Shown: positions 27,652 to 37,166, counted from the first letter of the stretch. The stretch: 64,000 bases of DNA from Nitrospirota bacterium (GCA_009773185.1 WPIF01000006.1:14677-78676); one strand, 5' to 3'. Notes: generated by a model from the sequence alone, not told the origin. Program-made: numbers and translations.

Positions 27652-28409
27652 TAAGCCCGACACAGTTCTTTCATTTCGTCTCTATATGTCCCGTCTTCGT
27701 TATATATATACAGCGGTTTTTCTATCTTCATTTCTGGCTTGCCCTCCTTAACTGCCTCAACAAGAACCATCTTTGCCTCTGTATTGAGGTTTGAATGCAC
27801 AAATTGCAGCCTCTTGGGTTCCATTTGTTTTTTTTTCAATGAATCAATAAGCTCCACAAGTCTTGACGGATGGTAGATTATACAGAACCTGCCTTTATCC
27901 CGGAGAAGATAGAAGGCAGCGCTTATTAAATCCTGGAGACTAAGCTTTATTTCATGCCTTGCAATTGCCTTTTCATCTGTAGGGCTTATAAGCCCTGTTT
28001 TCTGGCGCCTGAAAGGAGGATTGGACACAACAAGGTCATAGGAATTATTTTTTAGCTGTGAAGATTTGATTGTTCTTATGTCGTGGCTGACAATCTCAAT
28101 CCTGTCTTCAAGATGGTTCATGACGCAGTTCTTTTCAGCAAGCCTTGCCAGGCTGCCCTGTATCTCTACAAGCGTTAAATGAGATTCCGGATATTTTCTG
28201 GCAAGCAGGATACCGATAATTCCGGAGCCCGCGCCCAGATCTGCAATCCTTCCTGTTCTCCGAAGATGCACAAATGAGTAGAGAAGCAGGGCATCTACAG
28301 AAAATCTGTACCCTTTTTTATTCTGGTAGAGTTTTACGTCGCGTATTGTATCGAGTGTCAGTTCCAATGTATTAAAATACTTTGCCCATTCTATTGAGGA
28401 TAAAATCAT
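27648..28409 (-). CDS. SAM-dependent methyltransferase, tRNA m6A37 (YfiC/TrmN6)-like
   Basis: DLGAGSGIIG and VVSNPPFRR (NPPF). The start is uncertain. The ORF-track start 28499 overlaps the PilZ gene by 128 nt. Confidence 0.55.
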   Translation of the reverse strand: MILSSIEWAKYFNTLELTLDTIRDVKLYQNKKGYRFSVDALLLYSFVHLRRTGRIADLGAGSGIIGILLARKYPESHLTLVEIQGSLARLAEKNCVMNHLEDRIEIVSHDIRTIKSSQLKNNSYDLVVSNPPFRRQKTGLISPTDEKAIARHEIKLSLQDLISAAFYLLRDKGRFCIIYHPSRLVELIDSLKKKQMEPKRLQFVHSNLNTEAKMVLVEAVKEGKPEMKIEKPLYIYNEDGTYRDEMKELCRAY

Positions 28410-28740
28410 GAACCTTTTCAAAAACATGGAACCATAATTTATCGGGTATTTCCTCAATCTCTGCCCCGATAATGAAATCAGCTGACGTGTCATCGGCAAC
28501 GCAGTGTCGTACCCTCACCTTGAACTTCACCTCTTTGTTAAGTGAAGCAGGCACAGAGATCAGGCATCCTATAACCGAATTGTTTTCTATCGGGGATGGG
28601 CTTTTCAGCCTTATGCCATGGCGGCTGAAATCAAGCAGGGCAACCTGAATAAAATCATCATCTTTTTTTATCTTAAATATAATATACTGCCTGTAAATTT
28701 CAGGAACAGGATATCTCGTTTCTTTACGGCGCTCCTGCAT
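28372..28740 (-). CDS. PilZ-domain protein (c-di-GMP receptor type)
   Basis: RRKETRYPV (RxxxR) and LLDFSRHGIRL (DxSxxG). Confidence 0.75.
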   Translation of the reverse strand: MQERRKETRYPVPEIYRQYIIFKIKKDDDFIQVALLDFSRHGIRLKSPSPIENNSVIGCLISVPASLNKEVKFKVRVRHCVADDTSADFIIGAEIEEIPDKLWFHVFEKVHDFILNRMGKVF

Positions 28741-28747
28741 GTTTATG

Positions 28748-29395
28748 TTATCCTCCTATCAGTCCAGTTAGCTGTTTTATGTCATCAATAATAAAATCAG
28801 CGTCTTTCAGTGATTCCCTGTTCCTGAAGCCATAGGTTACAGCCACTGTTATTATACCTGCGCTTTTACCTGCCTGTATATCAAAATTGCTGTCACCCAC
28901 AATCAGTGCTTTCCCTGGCGCTATTTTTAGAAGTTCAAGGACTTTTCTGACAGGTACCGGAGAAGGTTTTTTCTCGTGAACACTATCGCTTCCCAGCACA
29001 ATATCAAAAAATCTCAGAAGTCCGAGGTCCTTAAGGAGTTTTTTTGACAGCGCTTCCCTTTTATTTGATATTACTGCTTTTTTAAATCCCTTGAGTTTTT
29101 CGAGAGTTTCTATTATCCCCGGATACGGCTTTGTAAAATCAGTAAGATGCTCTGTGTAATAGGCAATAAACCTGTCAAGCACTTCATTTTTTATGCCGGT
29201 GTTATTTCCAACTATTTTCTCTACAAGCTTTGTAAGCCCTTCGCCAACCATCTTAACTGTATCTTTGATGGTGAGCGGTTTAAGCCCGTAAGGTTTTATT
29301 GCATAATTCAGGGCATTGGTTATGTCTGTGCTTGAGTCAACAAGTGTACCGTCAAGGTCAAAGATTATTAGTTCCGAGTTTTTAAAGTTCTCCAT
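28748..29395 (-). CDS. HAD-family hydrolase (phosphoglycolate phosphatase-like)
   Basis: IIFDLDGTLVDS, ...VISNK..., ...VGDSNFDIQAG. The start is set at Met23 of the ORF-track product. Confidence 0.75.
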   Translation of the reverse strand: MENFKNSELIIFDLDGTLVDSSTDITNALNYAIKPYGLKPLTIKDTVKMVGEGLTKLVEKIVGNNTGIKNEVLDRFIAYYTEHLTDFTKPYPGIIETLEKLKGFKKAVISNKREALSKKLLKDLGLLRFFDIVLGSDSVHEKKPSPVPVRKVLELLKIAPGKALIVGDSNFDIQAGKSAGIITVAVTYGFRNRESLKDADFIIDDIKQLTGLIGG

Positions 29396-29518
29396 AAAGG
29401 ATTTTCTGCTAACCTCTTGATTAATTATAGTAAATCTATTGAAATCTTGACAATATTTCAAATATATGTTACAACTTAACAGTTAGTTTTTATACTTTAT
29501 GATAAAAGGAGGTGACAA

Positions 29519-29707
29519 TTGTTGAAGAAAATAATAGCTTTAATTCTTTCATTAGTGCTTGTAGTAGCATTTGCGCTTACAGTATCAGGATGCAAAAAAG
29601 CTGAAGAACCGGCACCTGCACCAGCAGCAGCGCCAGCACCGGCTGAGGCACCAGCAGCACCAGCAGCACCGGCAACACCGGCACCGGCAGCGCCAGCAGG
29701 TAAGTAA
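29519..29707 (+). CDS. Small lipoprotein with an Ala/Pro-rich tail
   Basis: GGAGG SD and a TTG start. Signal peptide plus lipobox LTVSGC, then a (A/P)n tail. Confidence 0.6.
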   Translation: MLKKIIALILSLVLVVAFALTVSGCKKAEEPAPAPAAAPAPAEAPAAPAAPATPAPAAPAGK

Positions 29708-29723
29708 ATTGATTCATCATTAT

Positions 29724-29762
29724 TCAGGGGTGGATTAATCCACCCCTGAAAATTGCTTTTTT
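29724..29762 (+). terminator. Rho-independent terminator
   Basis: TCAGGGGTGGA-tta-TCCACCCCTGA, then a T-run (gcTTTTTT). Confidence 0.7.
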
Positions 29763-29781
29763 AGGGAAAAACTGGTATAGT
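29753..29781 (+). promoter_or_regulatory. Sigma-70-type promoter (extended -10) of the rimP-nusA leader
   Basis: TTGCTT, 17 nt (containing TG), then TATAGT (TGgTATAGT). Confidence 0.45.
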
Positions 29782-29824
29782 AATACTAATTTAAGAGTTC
29801 CAAAATATCCGATGTTTTTATATA

Positions 29825-29853
29825 AAGAGTGGGTTTACCCACTCTTTTGTTTT
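29825..29853 (+). terminator. Leader terminator or attenuator directly upstream of rimP
   Basis: AAGAGTGGG-ttta-CCCACTCTT followed by TTGTTTT. It ends 8 nt before ATG 29862. Confidence 0.6.
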
Positions 29854-29861
29854 AATTGGTT

Positions 29862-30329
29862 ATGAATAATGAATCAGCGGTTGAACAGTCAGTATTGAAA
29901 CTGGTAAGACAGGTTGCTGATGACCAGGCAGTTGAAGTTTTTGGAGTAAATCTGTTTGGGAGAGGTAACAGGAAGTTGCTCAGGGTTACAATAGATAAAG
30001 AAGGCGGAGTAACGCTTGGTGACTGCGAAAGATTCAGCAGGAGGCTCGGGTCTCTGCTTGAAACTGAAGACGTTATTCAGGGTTCTTATAACCTTGAGGT
30101 TTCATCGCCTGGCCTGGACAGGCCGTTAACTGCACCGGCAGATTTTGAAAAGAACAGAGGGAGGCTTGTAAGGGTGACTATAAGGGAGAAGATGGATAAT
30201 CGGAATTTTTTTATCGGCAGGATAAGCGAGGTGACCGGCAGTTATTTGAGGCTGTCTGCTGATAAGAAAGAATGGGAAATCCCTTTTGAAAATATAGTAA
30301 AGGCAAGACTGGAGATAGAAATAAGATGA
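29862..30329 (+). CDS. rimP: Ribosome maturation factor RimP
   Basis: ...LEVSSPGLDRPL... signature. Precedes nusA with an ATGA overlap. An alternative start is TTG 29856. Confidence 0.85.
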   Translation: MNNESAVEQSVLKLVRQVADDQAVEVFGVNLFGRGNRKLLRVTIDKEGGVTLGDCERFSRRLGSLLETEDVIQGSYNLEVSSPGLDRPLTAPADFEKNRGRLVRVTIREKMDNRNFFIGRISEVTGSYLRLSADKKEWEIPFENIVKARLEIEIR

Positions 30330-31447
30330 CAAAAGAACTATGTCATGTAATAGACCAGCTAAGCAGAGAAAAAGGCATAGAAAAAGAGATTCTTTTAAAT
30401 GCACTTGAATCAGCTTTGCTTTCTGCTGCCCGTAAACGCTATGGTGACAGAACAAATGTCAACCTTACGATAGACTCAAAGACCTGTAACATTGCTGTTT
30501 ATGAAACCAAAAAAATCGTTGACAAGGTTCTGGATAAGGACCTGGAAATCTCAAATGCAGATGTAAAAAAATCTTTTCCGGGCAGTATTGGCAAAGAAAG
30601 TGTTGATATCCCTCTTGATTTGCAGGACTTTGGGAGGATAGCTGCCCAGACAGCAAAACAGGTTATTTTTCAGAAGGTGCGGGAGGCTGAGCGTGACGTA
30701 ATTTATAATGAATTCAAGGGGAAAGTTGGACAGATTTTGAGTGGAGTTGTTCTTAGAAAAGAAAAAAATAACTACTATATTAATATAGGCAAGACAGAGG
30801 CCATCCTTTCGCAAAGTGAAACATTGCCGGGAGAAAACCTCAGGAGGGGAGATACAGTCAGGGCATATATAGAAGATGTAAAATTGACCCCGAGGGGGCC
30901 TGTTATACTTGTTTCCAGGACTAATCCTCACTTTGTTGCCGGGTTGTTCAAGATGGAAGTGCCTGAGATAAATGAGGGGCTAGTTGTGATAAAAGATATA
31001 GTCCGTGAGCCAGGGGAGAGGACAAAGATTGCTGTCTATTCGACAAATACATCCATAGACCCGGTTGGAGCCTGCGTAGGCATGAAAGGCACACGGGTTC
31101 AGTCCATTGTGCGCGAACTCCATGGGGAAAGGATAGACATAATCCCATGGACTGATGATCCGAGAATGCTCATTGCACGGGCATTGAGTCCTGCAAGCGT
31201 TGAAAGGATAGGCATAAACGAAGACGGGAAAACGGCAATGGTGGTTGTTAATGACCAGCAGCTTTCATTGGCCATAGGTAAAAAGGGCCAGAATGTGAGG
31301 CTTGCCATGAAGCTTACGGGATGGGACATTGACATACTCAGCGACACGGAATATGGCAAGATTAAAATAGAAGAGGCGGATAAGGCCTTAGAAGAAATAC
31401 TCAGCAAGGAAGCTCTAAAGAAAAATAAACCATCTATTGATGGGTAA
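30326..31447 (+). CDS. nusA: Transcription termination/antitermination factor NusA (no C-terminal AR repeats)
   Basis: N-terminal domain, S1 and two KH domains (GACVGMKGTRVQ..., LAIGKKGQNVRLA). Confidence 0.9.
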   Translation: MTKELCHVIDQLSREKGIEKEILLNALESALLSAARKRYGDRTNVNLTIDSKTCNIAVYETKKIVDKVLDKDLEISNADVKKSFPGSIGKESVDIPLDLQDFGRIAAQTAKQVIFQKVREAERDVIYNEFKGKVGQILSGVVLRKEKNNYYINIGKTEAILSQSETLPGENLRRGDTVRAYIEDVKLTPRGPVILVSRTNPHFVAGLFKMEVPEINEGLVVIKDIVREPGERTKIAVYSTNTSIDPVGACVGMKGTRVQSIVRELHGERIDIIPWTDDPRMLIARALSPASVERIGINEDGKTAMVVVNDQQLSLAIGKKGQNVRLAMKLTGWDIDILSDTEYGKIKIEEADKALEEILSKEALKKNKPSIDG

Positions 31448-33530
31448 AAACCTTTCAGAATTCCCGATACAGTACATCAAAGGCGTTGGCCCCCGAAGGG
31501 CAAAGCTTCTCAATAACCTTGGAATTAAAACTGCAGACGATGCTCTTTATTGCCTGCCCTACAGATACGAAGACAGGGAAAATATCAAAAAAATAAGCAA
31601 TCTCAGTTACGGACAACTTGAGACTGTAACCGGGAAGGTTATTGCTGCTGAGGTAATAAAGCTGCCAAGGAGCAATCTCAAGCTGTTTGAACTTACAGTA
31701 TCTGATGGAAGCGGCCTTGTCAAAGGTAAATGGTTTAACCAGCCATTTATGAAAAAGAACTTTGAAGCAGGGCAGGAAGTGATTCTTAGCGGAGTCGTTA
31801 AAAGGAATCCTTATTGGGGAATCGGATTCGAATTTGACAATCCTGAATATGAGCTTGTAACCGATGATAAGGATGCCTTTATACACACCTCAAGGATTGT
31901 TCCGGTATACCGGACAACCACAGGCCTGAGCGTCAGGCAGTTCAGGACCATAATGTTCAATCTAATCGATATCTGCATAAAAGAAGTGCCTGATATTATG
32001 CCGAAAGAAATACTTGAGAGGAATAACCTTCCAGAACTTAAGGAGAGCATTTTAAATTCCCATTTCCCGGAAGCCGGGACAGACATGGATACCCTGAACA
32101 GGGGCATTAGCATTTATCAGAAGAGGCTTTCTTTTGACGAGCTTTTTATGTTCGAACTGGGGCTTTCAGTGCTGAAGAAGGGCAAAGACATTGAAAAGGG
32201 AATAGAGTTTAACTCAGAGGGTGTTCTTGTCAACAGGCTTCTCAATAAACTTCCATTCAGGCTTACTGCAGCACAGCAGAGGGTGTTTGAAGAAATACTT
32301 CATGATATGAGGCAGCCTCATCCGATGAACCGGCTGCTGGAGGGTGACGTTGGCTGTGGCAAGACCGTCATCGCCATAATGGCAATGCTCACTGCTATTG
32401 AATGCGGTTATCAGTCAGCGCTGATGGCGCCTACCGAGATACTCGCTGAACAGCATTACATAAATATACATAAAATTATCGAAGACATGGGGCTTAATGT
32501 ATGTCTTCTTACAGGGAGTATAAAAAAGAGGCCCCTCGAAGATATAGCATCAGGCAAAATTAATATAGTTATCGGCACTCATGCATTGATACAGGAAGGC
32601 GTTGAATTCAGGAATCTCGGGCTTGTGATAATAGATGAACAGCACAGGTTTGGCGTTATGCAGAGAGCGCTCCTGAGGAAAAAGGCATTAAATCCAGATG
32701 TCCTTGTTATGACGGCAACTCCTATACCGAGGACACTGTCCATGACCCTCTATGGGGACCTGAATTATTCTGTAATAGATGAACTTCCGCCCGGAAGGAG
32801 GCCTGTGATAACAAGGCTGTTTTCAGATAAGCAGAAAGATTATATCTATAAGGCAATTGCCAACGAGGCGCAGAAGGGAAGGCAGGTCTATGTTGTATAC
32901 CCGGTGATAGAGGAGACCGTAAAATCAAACCTCAAATCCGCGATAATAGGCAAAGAAGCTCTCGAGAAAATGTTCCCTGATTTAAGGGTCAGCCTTATTC
33001 ACGGCAAGATGAAACCCCTTGAAAAGGAAAGCGTTATGGCGGCATTCAAGAAAGGCGAGATTGATATACTTGCAAGCACAACAGTGATAGAGGTTGGCGT
33101 GGATGTGCCTAATGCTGCGATGATGCTCATAGTCCATGCAGAAAGGTTCGGGCTTGCCCAGCTCCATCAGCTTCGCGGAAGAGTAGGGAGGGGCGCAGAG
33201 CAGTCCTATTGCTTTTTGCTGGCATATGAACCGAGAGGCGAAGATGCAAGGCAGAGGCTTGATATAATGGTCAGGACCAATGACGGGTTCAGGATAGCAG
33301 AAGAGGACCTTATTATCAGGGGGCCGGGAGAATTTTTCGGAACAAGGCAGGCAGGAATGCCGGATCTTAAGATTGCGAATATAATAAGAGATGCAAGGCT
33401 TATTGAGGTTGCACGGAAAGAGGCTTTTGCATTGATAGATAATGATCCGGAACTGAATAGGTTTCCTGCATTAAAGAAAAGCGTTGAAGGTTTCTGGCGA
33501 GGGAAGATAGAGTTGTTTAAGACGGGATAG
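31440..33530 (+). CDS. recG: ATP-dependent DNA helicase RecG
   Basis: Wedge domain. Helicase motifs GDVGCGKT, DEQHRFG and QLHQLRGRVGRG. Confidence 0.9.
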   Translation: MGKNLSEFPIQYIKGVGPRRAKLLNNLGIKTADDALYCLPYRYEDRENIKKISNLSYGQLETVTGKVIAAEVIKLPRSNLKLFELTVSDGSGLVKGKWFNQPFMKKNFEAGQEVILSGVVKRNPYWGIGFEFDNPEYELVTDDKDAFIHTSRIVPVYRTTTGLSVRQFRTIMFNLIDICIKEVPDIMPKEILERNNLPELKESILNSHFPEAGTDMDTLNRGISIYQKRLSFDELFMFELGLSVLKKGKDIEKGIEFNSEGVLVNRLLNKLPFRLTAAQQRVFEEILHDMRQPHPMNRLLEGDVGCGKTVIAIMAMLTAIECGYQSALMAPTEILAEQHYINIHKIIEDMGLNVCLLTGSIKKRPLEDIASGKINIVIGTHALIQEGVEFRNLGLVIIDEQHRFGVMQRALLRKKALNPDVLVMTATPIPRTLSMTLYGDLNYSVIDELPPGRRPVITRLFSDKQKDYIYKAIANEAQKGRQVYVVYPVIEETVKSNLKSAIIGKEALEKMFPDLRVSLIHGKMKPLEKESVMAAFKKGEIDILASTTVIEVGVDVPNAAMMLIVHAERFGLAQLHQLRGRVGRGAEQSYCFLLAYEPRGEDARQRLDIMVRTNDGFRIAEEDLIIRGPGEFFGTRQAGMPDLKIANIIRDARLIEVARKEAFALIDNDPELNRFPALKKSVEGFWRGKIELFKTG

Positions 33531-33564
33531 GTCGGCTACAGCGCCTTGTTCGGTCTTCATTTTG

Positions 33565-34626
33565 TCAGTCTTTCATCTGCTTTTTTGCCGACTTGATAAA
33601 GCGTCCGAATGCTCTGTCCTTTTTCCGTTTATCCACATATGACATCTCGTGGTAATCAGATTCCTTCTTAAGCTTCATATAGCTGGAATAACGTTCTTTA
33701 CTCAACTCACCATTTGTAACTGCAGAAAGAACTGCGCAGTCAGGTTCCTGTGTGTGGCTGCAATTTGTATAGCGACATTTTTCGGAAAGTTCAATAATAT
33801 ATTCAAACCCCTGCTTAACTCCCTCGCTGACACCAAGAAGCCCTACCTCTCGCATTCCTGGCGTATCAATCAACATCGAGCCTTGGTTAAGAAAGATAAG
33901 CTGCCGGCGTGCCGTTGTGTGTGTGCCTTCTCCTGTTCCACTGACGGCATTTGTGTTGAAAGTATTTTGCCCAATTAAGCGGTTGATGATGGTTGTTTTA
34001 CCAACTCCCGATGATCCAAGCAGACAATATGTCTTTCCCGGGATTAATACTTGTTGGAATTCGTCAAATCCGGACCCCGTTATGTTACTGAGAGCGAAGA
34101 CTTTGGATATGGCGACAGTCTGTTTGATAGCCGCAAGTTTTTGTTCCAGTTCACTGTGAGAGATCAAGTCCGACTTGGTAAGAATAACAATCGGCTCGAC
34201 ATGGCCGTCAGCTGCCATTACCAAATAGCGTTCCAATCTTTTCATATTGAAGTCGAAATGACACGATTGAACAATAAAAGCGATATCGATATTGGCGGCA
34301 ATCATCTGGAAATCCACGTTTTCACCGGCGCATTTGCGACGTAAAAACGATTTTCTTGGAAAAACTCCATGAATAATTGCTTCAGTATCATCGTTGTGAT
34401 ATTGCACAGTAACCCAATCGCCCACACATGGCAGGTCAACTGAGGATTCGATTCGGAATTGAAATTTCCCTGCAAGTTCAGCTGGAATCTCCCTGAGTTC
34501 ATTTTTGATGAGATATGAACCACGATCAACCGCTGATACACGCGCGATACCGTGACCATCTTGATGTAAGGCATCAAAATGTGTTTCAAACCATTGATCA
34601 AAACCCAGATCTTTCAATTTCATCAT
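33565..34626 (-). CDS. rsgA: Ribosome small-subunit-dependent GTPase RsgA
   Basis: Circularly permuted GTPase (TKSDL...GSSGVGKTT) and a C-terminal Zn motif CRYTNCSHTQEPDCAV. Confidence 0.85.
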   Translation of the reverse strand: MMKLKDLGFDQWFETHFDALHQDGHGIARVSAVDRGSYLIKNELREIPAELAGKFQFRIESSVDLPCVGDWVTVQYHNDDTEAIIHGVFPRKSFLRRKCAGENVDFQMIAANIDIAFIVQSCHFDFNMKRLERYLVMAADGHVEPIVILTKSDLISHSELEQKLAAIKQTVAISKVFALSNITGSGFDEFQQVLIPGKTYCLLGSSGVGKTTIINRLIGQNTFNTNAVSGTGEGTHTTARRQLIFLNQGSMLIDTPGMREVGLLGVSEGVKQGFEYIIELSEKCRYTNCSHTQEPDCAVLSAVTNGELSKERYSSYMKLKKESDYHEMSYVDKRKKDRAFGRFIKSAKKQMKD

Positions 34627-34695
34627 ATTTTTTCACCGAACGCCTGAACTAACAGGTGCAACGGCTGTATCGCCGCATCCTGTTGGAGTGAGTCG

Positions 34696-35031
34696 TTATG
34701 CAACTATTTCATTTAATCCTTCAATAACCTGATTCAATTCTTCTTCTGAGACCCTGCCTAATAACTTACCTATTCTTTCTGACGACAGTGTCCGAATTTG
34801 ACTTATCTTAATCCATGACTGTTTTGGTAAATTGCCTGTTCGTAATTCCAGAGTCAATGGGAATCCAGCCCGTTGCGGCTGGCTTGTAATTGCGACAGCT
34901 ATAACGGTTCCGGAACGCTCATTAAAAACATCATGGCTTAAAATTAACACCGGCCGTAAGCCCGCCTGTTCATGGCCTCGCACAGGATTTAAGTCAGCCC
35001 AGCGGACCTCGCCCCTCAGTATTCGGGCCAT
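34696..35031 (-). CDS. mazF: MazF/PemK-family toxin
   Basis: RGEVRWADLNPVRGHEQAGLRPVLILS... Confidence 0.85.
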   Translation of the reverse strand: MARILRGEVRWADLNPVRGHEQAGLRPVLILSHDVFNERSGTVIAVAITSQPQRAGFPLTLELRTGNLPKQSWIKISQIRTLSSERIGKLLGRVSEEELNQVIEGLNEIVA

Positions 35032-35258
35032 TCGCCGATTTCCTTATTTAATCCTTCTTCAGCTATTGCCTTTTCGAAGGCAGTATCAAGTTTTGTGCAT
35101 TCCTTTGATAGCCGGCTGCGTTTTATCCTTTGCAATTTATCCCCTACTGCTTCCTGAACCGCCTGACTGCGGTTCTGAAAGACATGTTTGACGACAAGCC
35201 TGTCTATTTGCTCAATATATTCTTCATCTAAAGTGATGGCAATCTTTGCTTTTCCCAT
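35016..35258 (-). CDS. RHH-type antitoxin (MazE partner)
   Basis: KIAITLDEEYIEQIDRL... Has a 16-nt overlap with mazF. Confidence 0.7.
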   Translation of the reverse strand: MGKAKIAITLDEEYIEQIDRLVVKHVFQNRSQAVQEAVGDKLQRIKRSRLSKECTKLDTAFEKAIAEEGLNKEIGEWPEY

Positions 35259-35451
35259 AGATTCCCCCCTTCCAAATAGTATTACATTATATCATACCTT
35301 ATGAAAATGCTGCCATATATTGTCCGCTCTTTTTTAATTATTCCCTATATTAATATGTGCAGCGACTCTGCTCAGGCGCACGGGGAAATAAGGATAGAAT
35401 GAAAATCAAAAAGGTTTAATCCCGTGTCGCTCTGGAGCAATTTGTTCGAGG

Positions 35452-35778
35452 TCATCTTTGAATTTCTTTCAGGCCTAAGTTTTTATTTTCTTTCATTAAT
35501 TTGTTTTTAAATTCCGAATCAAGATTATCGATTTCCGTAAATATGATTCTTTCTTTACTATATCCACTTCCGACTGAGGACATTGTTTTGATTTTCATGT
35601 AGGCTTTCCCTTCATGTTGTCCAATATATTCCGACAATTGAAGAGTCTGTATGTAGTTGAGTTCATATTGTCTTTTGAATTCCTTGCCGCTGACTTTTTC
35701 TGGATCATTGCACCCGATTAATCCGAAAAGCGATATGACAACAACCGTAAGAACGGTTAATTTTGTATTAATTATCAT
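35452..35778 (-). CDS. Small lipoprotein, unknown function
   Basis: Signal peptide plus lipobox LIGC. Confidence 0.55.
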   Translation of the reverse strand: MIINTKLTVLTVVVISLFGLIGCNDPEKVSGKEFKRQYELNYIQTLQLSEYIGQHEGKAYMKIKTMSSVGSGYSKERIIFTEIDNLDSEFKNKLMKENKNLGLKEIQR

Positions 35779-35955
35779 TTTATTATTCCTCGAACATTAT
35801 ATTTTATGCCGCATGCGTCTTTTTGATAGATTTTAGGAAAAATTAAGAGGTTGAGTCAATAGAAATCTCTATTTCATGAACGCCTCTTATGTTATTATGA
35901 GATATTGCTTAGGCCTGATTTTTGAACGGATTAGCATTAAGTGAAAGGAGGTCGT

Positions 35956-36282
35956 ATGTGGCGAAGGGTTAAGAATAATATGGATTCAGGAGTAGAAAAG
36001 ATAAAGTGGTTTTCCACTGTGCTGGCCGAAAGAATGAAGATAGAATTTTCAGTGATTAAGCTTTTGCAGGAGCGGGAAAAAAAGGATAAGGACAGGGCAG
36101 AGAAGATGAGGCTTGTCGGAGAACGCGTGTTTGAGTTAAGAAATCATTCGGAAAAAAATATATTTAAGGACAAGGCGATAACTGAGGCCATAGTTGAGAT
36201 TGAGAGGCTTGATGCCGAGCTTGAGGATATAAAGAAAAAGGCGTCAGAGATGAGCAATATAGAAGGGGAAGAAGGTAAATAG
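35956..36282 (+). CDS. Small charged coiled-coil protein, unknown function
   Basis: AAGGAGG SD then ATG 35956. Its stop codon lies inside the first unit of the 17-bp array. Confidence 0.5.
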   Translation: MWRRVKNNMDSGVEKIKWFSTVLAERMKIEFSVIKLLQEREKKDKDRAEKMRLVGERVFELRNHSEKNIFKDKAITEAIVEIERLDAELEDIKKKASEMSNIEGEEGK

Positions 36283-36373
36283 GGGAAGAAGGTAAATAGG
36301 GGAAGAAGGTAAATAGGGGAAGAAGGTAAATAGGGGAAGAAGGTAAATAGGGAAGGTAAATAGGGGAAGAAGG
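36265..36373. repeat. 17-bp tandem array (5 perfect units plus 2 partial)
   Basis: GGGGAAGAAGGTAAATA x5 (36265-36349), then GGGAAGGTAAATA, then GGGGAAGAAGG. Confidence 0.95.
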
Positions 36374-36386
36374 GGAAGCTTTAAAA

Positions 36387-37166
36387 GTGGAGAATGTAAT
36401 TTTATACGGAATAGTTTTTCTTTTCGGCTCTGTTGTCGGCTCTTTCCTGAATGTCTGCATATACAGGATACCGAGGGGGGAGTCAATAATATTGCCGCCG
36501 TCACATTGTCCTTTATGCAACACGCCTATAAAAATATATGACAATATTCCAATTTTCAGTTATCTGATGCTTGGCGGGAAATGCAGGGCATGCAAGTCAC
36601 ATATATCTTGCAGGTATCCGCTGGTTGAAGCCATGAACGCTTTGTTTTATATGGCATTAATCTGGAGGTTTGGGTTTGGATGGCATACACTCATTTATTT
36701 TGTATTGGCCTCTGCGCTGATTGTCATAACATTTATTGACCTTGATTTTCAGATAATACCTGACAGCATAACACTGCCGGGTATTTTTATAGGGCTTGTT
36801 GCAGGTTCATTAATGCTTCCTGACCCGTTTTTGAGATGGTCTCTGCTCGGTTATAAGGCATCTATCATAGGGGCCTTGACAGGTTTTTGCCTTTTTTATA
36901 TGGTTGCTGTTTTGAGCAGGGGCGGAATGGGGGGAGGAGATATAAAGATGATGGCAATGGTTGGGGCCTTAATGGGATGGAAATCTGTGCTGCTGACGAC
37001 TTTTTTGGGCAGTCTTCTTGGTTCTGTCTGGGGAATATCTTTAATGGTATTTAAGGGCAAGGGAAGGAAGACCAGGATACCATTCGGGCCATACCTGTCT
37101 GCAGGCGCTGTTATCACCCTTTTTTACGGCCAGGAAATTCTTTACTGGTATCTTGGGCACAGATGA
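36387..37166 (+). CDS. pilD: Prepilin peptidase (A24 family, PilD-like)
   Basis: GTG start. N-terminal Cys box (CPLC...CRAC), polytopic, GGGDIKMM aspartyl motif. Confidence 0.85.
   Translation: MENVILYGIVFLFGSVVGSFLNVCIYRIPRGESIILPPSHCPLCNTPIKIYDNIPIFSYLMLGGKCRACKSHISCRYPLVEAMNALFYMALIWRFGFGWHTLIYFVLASALIVITFIDLDFQIIPDSITLPGIFIGLVAGSLMLPDPFLRWSLLGYKASIIGALTGFCLFYMVAVLSRGGMGGGDIKMMAMVGALMGWKSVLLTTFLGSLLGSVWGISLMVFKGKGRKTRIPFGPYLSAGAVITLFYGQEILYWYLGHR

Noticed and set aside
28372-28499. 128-nt same-strand overlap between the PilZ gene and the methyltransferase ORF
   Set aside because: This is most likely an artefact of choosing the longest ORF. Internal Met codons (28427, 28409) give a conventional short overlap.
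29519-29707. Ala/Pro-rich tails of the lipoprotein (and of the cytochrome at 49740-49793) as DNA-level repeats
   Set aside because: The nucleotide sequence is GC-rich low complexity (GCA/CCG codon runs) without a defined repeating unit. It is more likely a flexible linker or tail.
36265-36373. Could the 17-bp array be a CRISPR array?
   Set aside because: The units are directly adjacent with no spacers, are far shorter than CRISPR repeats, and no cas genes are nearby.
36164-36544. Minus-strand ORFs with repetitive LPSSPIYLLPLFTFFPY peptides
   Set aside because: They are simply the reverse-strand translation of the 17-bp tandem array and they overlap the pilD start.
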